64,000 bases of DNA from Botryllus schlosseri (lineage: Eukaryota), in NCBI GenBank assembly GCA_051294905.1, contig CM119371.1, positions 29,948,001 to 30,012,000 on the forward strand, in the 5' to 3' direction. Below are positions 58,757-64,000 of the stretch, one piece after another. Position numbers and translations under genes: made by a program. Below the pieces are notes generated by a model. The model made no database searches. It was not told where the DNA came from and worked only from the letters and a program-made list of their open reading frames with translations. Position 1 is the stretch's first letter; each line of letters begins with the position of its first letter.

Positions 58757-61267
58757 TATGCCTGGGCGGCCGCCTCAATGTGTGAAAGCGTATTTAAGAA
58801 ACAAATCCAAGATTCTTATTACGAGCTGCGAACTGACGTGGACGTTGCCTTTATGTCACAGAATTATTTAACGGTGAATTGTACCGAGACCGACCAGGGC
58901 TGCGACACGCCATTTTCTCCGCGTAGACACATGACGCGCCGTCCCGATGACGCGTGCCAGCCGCTGGGCGAAGATTTTGAGTCCTGGTTCGACCAGCTGG
59001 ACGGATTTTCCCCCAGATTCGGCCTGGACGCGATCAGGAAGAGAAGACCCAAGCGTGAAACGCCCCCATATCCTGAACACTATGTGCCATCCGAGGATGG
59101 CTCACAGAAAACTGATACAGATAAGGAATCGTTCACAAAGTCTGATGCAGACACTGTTTTTAGCTATAGTGACGACAAAAAATCAGTCCCGTCAGTCGAA
59201 ATTAGTAATTCCAACGGAAATCACACACGAGTTACACCCGAACTTACACCAACTCGATTACATAACAGAAGTAAAGATGTTGTCAATGGTGGTTTCTCTC
59301 CGAGAATGGGGCTTAGCTCGCCCAGGAAGTCCCCACCTCCTTACCCCGAAAGCTACGTGCCTTCAGACAGCGAATCGGCCACACTCACGCCAAGATCAAG
59401 GCAAGAAACTCCTGCAAACGGTATTACAACGAAACGGGCTCTTCCGAAAGGCAAAATCTTTGAGAAAATACAGCAGTTTGAAAGGAATATCGTACCCTGC
59501 GATCGACACGATGAACCCCATATCGCAAAAAACAAATCGCCGATTAGCGAGAATCATGGCGCACGTTCTGGTAGTAACATAGCAGTGCCTAGTGCGGATC
59601 TTTTAAAACAAAAATCGGATACACAAAAGGGAGGTGCAGGAACGCAAAATTCTGACACAATCCGATATTCCAGGCCAGGATATTCCAAATCGCGAAAATC
59701 AGATGAAGAATTCAATTCTGAGGCTCGTTCCTTGGATTTTGATGCCGTCCAATCTATGAGTTCGAGAAAATCTTACGAAAAATCAAATTCAAAGCCTCGA
59801 AAGGTCGATTCTGACGCCTTTCAATCTTCGAGGTCCACAAAATCCGACTTCATATCAAGTCTGAGGTCCGAAGATTCAGAATCGCGAAAATCTGACCACA
59901 AATCGAGTCCCTCACCTTCCAGCGCTGAACCCCATTTTCCCATTGCAGACAATTCGAATCACACCAAGTCCATACATGCAGCAACCAAGAGAGAAAAACC
60001 TACAGCCACCAAATATCTCGACTCTATAACCACAGGCAGCGTTCACGAAGACGACCTATCCTACTTTGAAAACTGCAGCGAATCCATATTCCAGTACGAA
60101 TTGTCAGACACCTCCACCGAGCAGGACTCTGATTCTCAAGCAGACTTAGAAATTTCGAACAATATCGCTGAACACAGCTTGAAACACACAGAACCAAACT
60201 TTAACGTCACTGTAAACAACGCAGTAAACCTACTTCAGGTAGAGTATGAGAAACCGTTCAGCGATGTCACTAGCGAATATCACACCGACGTTAACGATGC
60301 TCAATCTAGTGATAATGACACTGTGATTGAGGAAGACCACACAGACTATCTCCGAGAATACGTTGAGGAAACTTTGGTCAGCGATTACGAAATGCTGGAT
60401 CTCGATAATTTAAGCGAAATCGACCGTGAAGACACAGAAAGCTCGGAAATTAAGTTGGAATATGACGAAAGACTCTTCGATACAGACACTGAAGCGGATT
60501 CTTTTGTGACCTCTCACGAATCTCAAAGCCGCCACGGCGATTATAACAATGTTAATCACGTCAATGATAACACGGCTGATTCAAAGAACATAACAAGAAA
60601 TTTCAAATCAACAAGTGACCAAAGTTATACTACCGAGTCTTACTCTAATTTATCAGGTGACGATGAAGATATGAATAGTGACCCCGGTACGGGTGAAATA
60701 TGGGAAAGGTGTCAGGTCAGGGCCAATCCATGGGTCGTGACCCAGGCTGAGGATAAAAGCCCGGAACACAAACGCGCAAAATCCGATTCTGCTTTGCGGT
60801 TTTCCAAGTCAAACCCATTTGAACCTGTTGAGGATGAATTTTTGACAGCTACCGAAGCCAGGGTGCTCAACGTGCTGAAAACGTCGCGGCTTTTTATACG
60901 GTCCGGCAATCGAAGAGACCCGGCCCTGCGTCGTAGCTTCTGGCGGGAATACAAGCGTGACAGGCGTAAGAAACCAGAATCTTTCAGAAGCCCTTTGAAA
61001 TTTTGCGAACTAAAAGACAAACAGGATCAAGTCCCTGAAATGTCACCTTCGAAAAGGTTGGTGACAAGTTCCTCGATGATATTGTCTGACCAGTCCTCAG
61101 ACAGTCAGCATGGAGATGGGTTAAAGGTAAAGTCCAGTCTGAAAGTTACACGCGACACAGAATACCTGTCTTTAAGCTTCGTGGAGAAGGCGATTTTAAA
61201 GTCCGATGTCACGCAAGTGCCCAAAGTATCAGTTAAGGAACGTGTAAAGGTGTGGGATGGCGGGCAT
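58757..61267 (+). CDS. PPP1R9A: Giant (about 2.5 kb) low-complexity S/D/E/K-rich exon, probably part of neurabin
   Basis: 854-codon ORF; acceptor ttcatcttag in phase 0 at 58756; candidate donor CAT|GTAGGT at 61268 in phase 0. The ORF otherwise stops at 61342. Confidence 0.7.
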
Positions 61268-63170
61268 GTAGGTGGAGCTGGTCTGCCGTGGCGTTGGCTT
61301 GGTAGTTTGCTGTCTGGTTTGGTTTGTTCTGTAGGAGAGTGACGTTTGACTTGGTTTTATTTGTGTTTCTGTAGTCTCCAAAACTTTGAGGTAGAGTCTG
61401 GTGTTGGTATGACAATTAACAAAATGACTCGACTTGACTTGTTGTATCGGAAGTGTGTAGTTACTCTGAATATTCACAATAATTATCAAGTCAATCTGTA
61501 AAATATAGTGTGATATTTTAAACCTCGGTTTGTTGTATCTACGCATCCAAAAAGATATTCACATAATGACAGTTCTGTCAAGTAGGATTAGTCATACAGC
61601 CTTGCAGTGGTCACTAAGTATTTGGAGTAGTCATAGTCAATTATGTTTAGACTTGTCACTGATATCATTGGTACTGAATCATTAAGGGCGTTACTTCAGT
61701 TGTGCTCTGCAGCAAATGGCAAGGCCCAACTTGTAACAATTCTTGAAACATATTGTAATCCGAGCTATGCAGTCCCAGTTTCATTAATCGTGATTGTGAT
61801 TGAGGATTTTGCTTTAATAGCTTTGGAAAGATCTCGTTTGCCTGCTTAGGATTAGCTTCTCAATAATCCGATTGAAATCTGGATGAAAATTATGGGCAAA
61901 TGCTAGCCGTTCGCTCGGAGAATAACGTGCATAAGATGCGTAGGCTGAGAGATTGGCTATTCGGAATGGTAGACCGAAACTGTCTTGCTGAATTGTAGCA
62001 TGATAAGCGTGTTTCATTGTTTACCGCGGATGCCCAATTCGCAATCCCGATTTTTCCCTGTAATAAATGGCTTTTGTGAGAATAGAATTATAATGTTGTC
62101 TGAAAATATTTAGTAGTCAATGAATCTATGGCGTGTTGCGTTAAGCTAGCCTATATTTGAAAGTGGGGCTTATTGTAGTTTCATTAGTTCAGCAGCTTAT
62201 GATGAAGGTTTGTTATTATCTAAGTGATTTCAAGTGCATATTGTAACCATTGTAAAATTGGCTTCTCTTATCATGGACTGTAATGTCTTTGACTATATGA
62301 GCTGACACTATCTGAGAATAGGGATATTTTGATCATGCACACCAGAGATCTTGGTTTTACGGCGATATCAATTGAATATACAGTACAGTACATACGACAT
62401 ATCAATTTGAGACCAACGCAGAATAAACGCTTGATTGACATTCCGATGCGAGGTGTGATTTGAGAAAAGAACCAGGTGGCAAGTGATCTGATCTCCGTGC
62501 CCCCCCCCGGGCTGTTTACACTGCACAGGATCTTGTTATTACCTTTGAATTACGCAGCAGATTATCTCGAATTGGAACACAATCACATATGTATCCGATT
62601 TGAACAAGAGACATTTGTCCTTGTGCGTGTCTTACATTGTGGCAGAAAAGCTGAGATTTTGAGATGCGCTGGAAACATGTATGTGATATTTTGTGACAAA
62701 TTAATGTGTTTTAACTGCAGTTGGTTTGGAATTTTAGTGGTTTTTAAAGAGAAAAGGCTGTATTCTGTAATTGCAGTATGTTTGTGATTGTGACTATTAC
62801 TAACCCTTTTCTCTGAAATGATTTTTCTGTATGCATTACAGGAGTGCCTTCGTTCATGAGTGAAATTTGAATTGGCGGTAATCATAATTATACTTTCTCT
62901 TCGTGACGTTTGTATTTTGTGCCGCTTTGAACACACACTAATCATAACCCGTTTGAGATCCGATTTTGTGAGATTTTCTTGCAGTTCTGACTTATTGTAT
63001 AAAAATGATGCTTGTAATATGATGTTATGAATTGAATGCTTTAACGGAAGTAGTAAGCATGGGTCATGCGTATTTTGTAGCGTTTAACAATAGTTGCGTG
63101 CTAACGGAATGCTCTTTTAGAAGTGCTACTGTGATTAGGTTTTTGTATTGATCGAATTTTATCCTTACAG

Positions 63171-63245
63171 TTGGAGGCTGACGATAATCTCCATGATTTG
63201 TCGACGGACACTCAAGACACCTCTGAACTACCGTCACATATACAA
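63171..63245 (+). CDS. PPP1R9A: Neurabin exon (LEADDNLHDLSTDTQDTSELPSHIQ)
   Basis: tttatccttacag acceptor, CAA|GTAAGT consensus donor, 75 nt, phase 0/0. Confidence 0.8.
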
Positions 63246-63695
63246 GTAAGTAACAGTATTTGCCTGATTATGAACTTGATGTGTAAACTGCTATTTGGGT
63301 TATTTAAATGCAGTGCAGTAACAGTTTTGATTGGTCAAAGTGTGACTCGAATGGGAGTAGTAGCAATCGTGCTCTGTATTCTTACACTAGTTTTTCTGGT
63401 TCCTTGTGAGGATTGCACGTATTAAAATTTCTACGGAGAATAAGGGATTTTAGCAATGTTGTTGTCACGAACAATGATTCGAGTATTCAAATCGAGTAGC
63501 CTATAATTGCAATGATTCCAGTGGAATAGTCCAAGACTAATATTTCAAGTACTGCGATTATACACTTATCTTCACTAAGAGTTGAATCTGCATCATGAAT
63601 TATAGTTTTGATATCATTTACTGCCACGTAAGCCTTGAAACCACAATTGGTTGTAGGCCTATCTCAGCATACGAAACTCGCTACTCGCGTTATTG

Positions 63696-64000
63696 CAGGG
63701 TTGTAACCAAGTCAAAAGGTTCCGAGTCACTAGTCAATCTCACTTTAATAGTTTTGACTCGAGGCAAGTTGAGTCATTTTTGATTCACCACCGAGTCATA
63801 GTGTTTTGACATGAGTCCGAGTCCAAGTCATTGTGTACACTGTTCAATTTTGAGTTCAATGTGGTTCAACCCACTTGTTCGAGTGATATAGAATGGCTCG
63901 CATTTATAATATCGTAATTTTTCTCAGCCCTAACAGTTTTTGTGCTCTATTTTCCGAGTATCAGGACTGATAGACGAAATACCAATAATGTGGTGACTTT
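63696..64000. mobile_element. GACTCGAGTC-family hAT MITE running off the window end
   Basis: Starts CAGGGTTGTAACCAAGTC; collinear with the 35377 copy. Confidence 0.85.

Larger units (their letters stand above)
7398..63245 (+). other. PPP1R9A: Neurabin/spinophilin-family gene (PP1 regulatory subunit 9), multi-exon, 3' part beyond the window
   Basis: Phase-compatible GT-AG exons encode family hallmarks: N-terminal [74 protein letters not shown] and the [30 protein letters not shown]...[18 protein letters not shown]...[14 protein letters not shown]. Probably a single pro-ortholog of PPP1R9A/PPP1R9B. Coiled-coil and SAM regions were not seen in the window. Confidence 0.95.

Overview
AT-rich, intron- and transposon-rich animal genomic DNA, probably an invertebrate chordate or deuterostome such as an ascidian (inferred, not proven). 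Most of the window is one + strand gene for a neurabin/spinophilin (PPP1R9A/B-family) PP1 regulatory subunit. I traced 17 phase-compatible GT-AG exons from ATG 7398 to 63245, covering the N-terminal actin-binding region, the RVxF-type PP1 site (RISF) and the PDZ domain. The gene continues past the window end. It has a candidate alternative first exon (MDTEDG), a tyrosine-motif-rich cassette exon and a 2.5-kb giant exon after the PDZ. An intact antisense Ty3/Gypsy (Mag-like) LTR retrotransposon (49665-57095) has identical 233-bp LTRs, and its 3' LTR is interrupted by a 2.5-kb hATm-like DNA transposon. Upstream of the first coding exon lies a 2.9-kb foldback element (2505-5420) with satellite-like inverted arms, a 9-bp TSD, a truncated PHD-finger ORF and two tRNA-derived SINE-like copies. 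Many hAT- and Tc1/mariner-type MITEs are present, several nested. All calls are by eye; no database searches were run.
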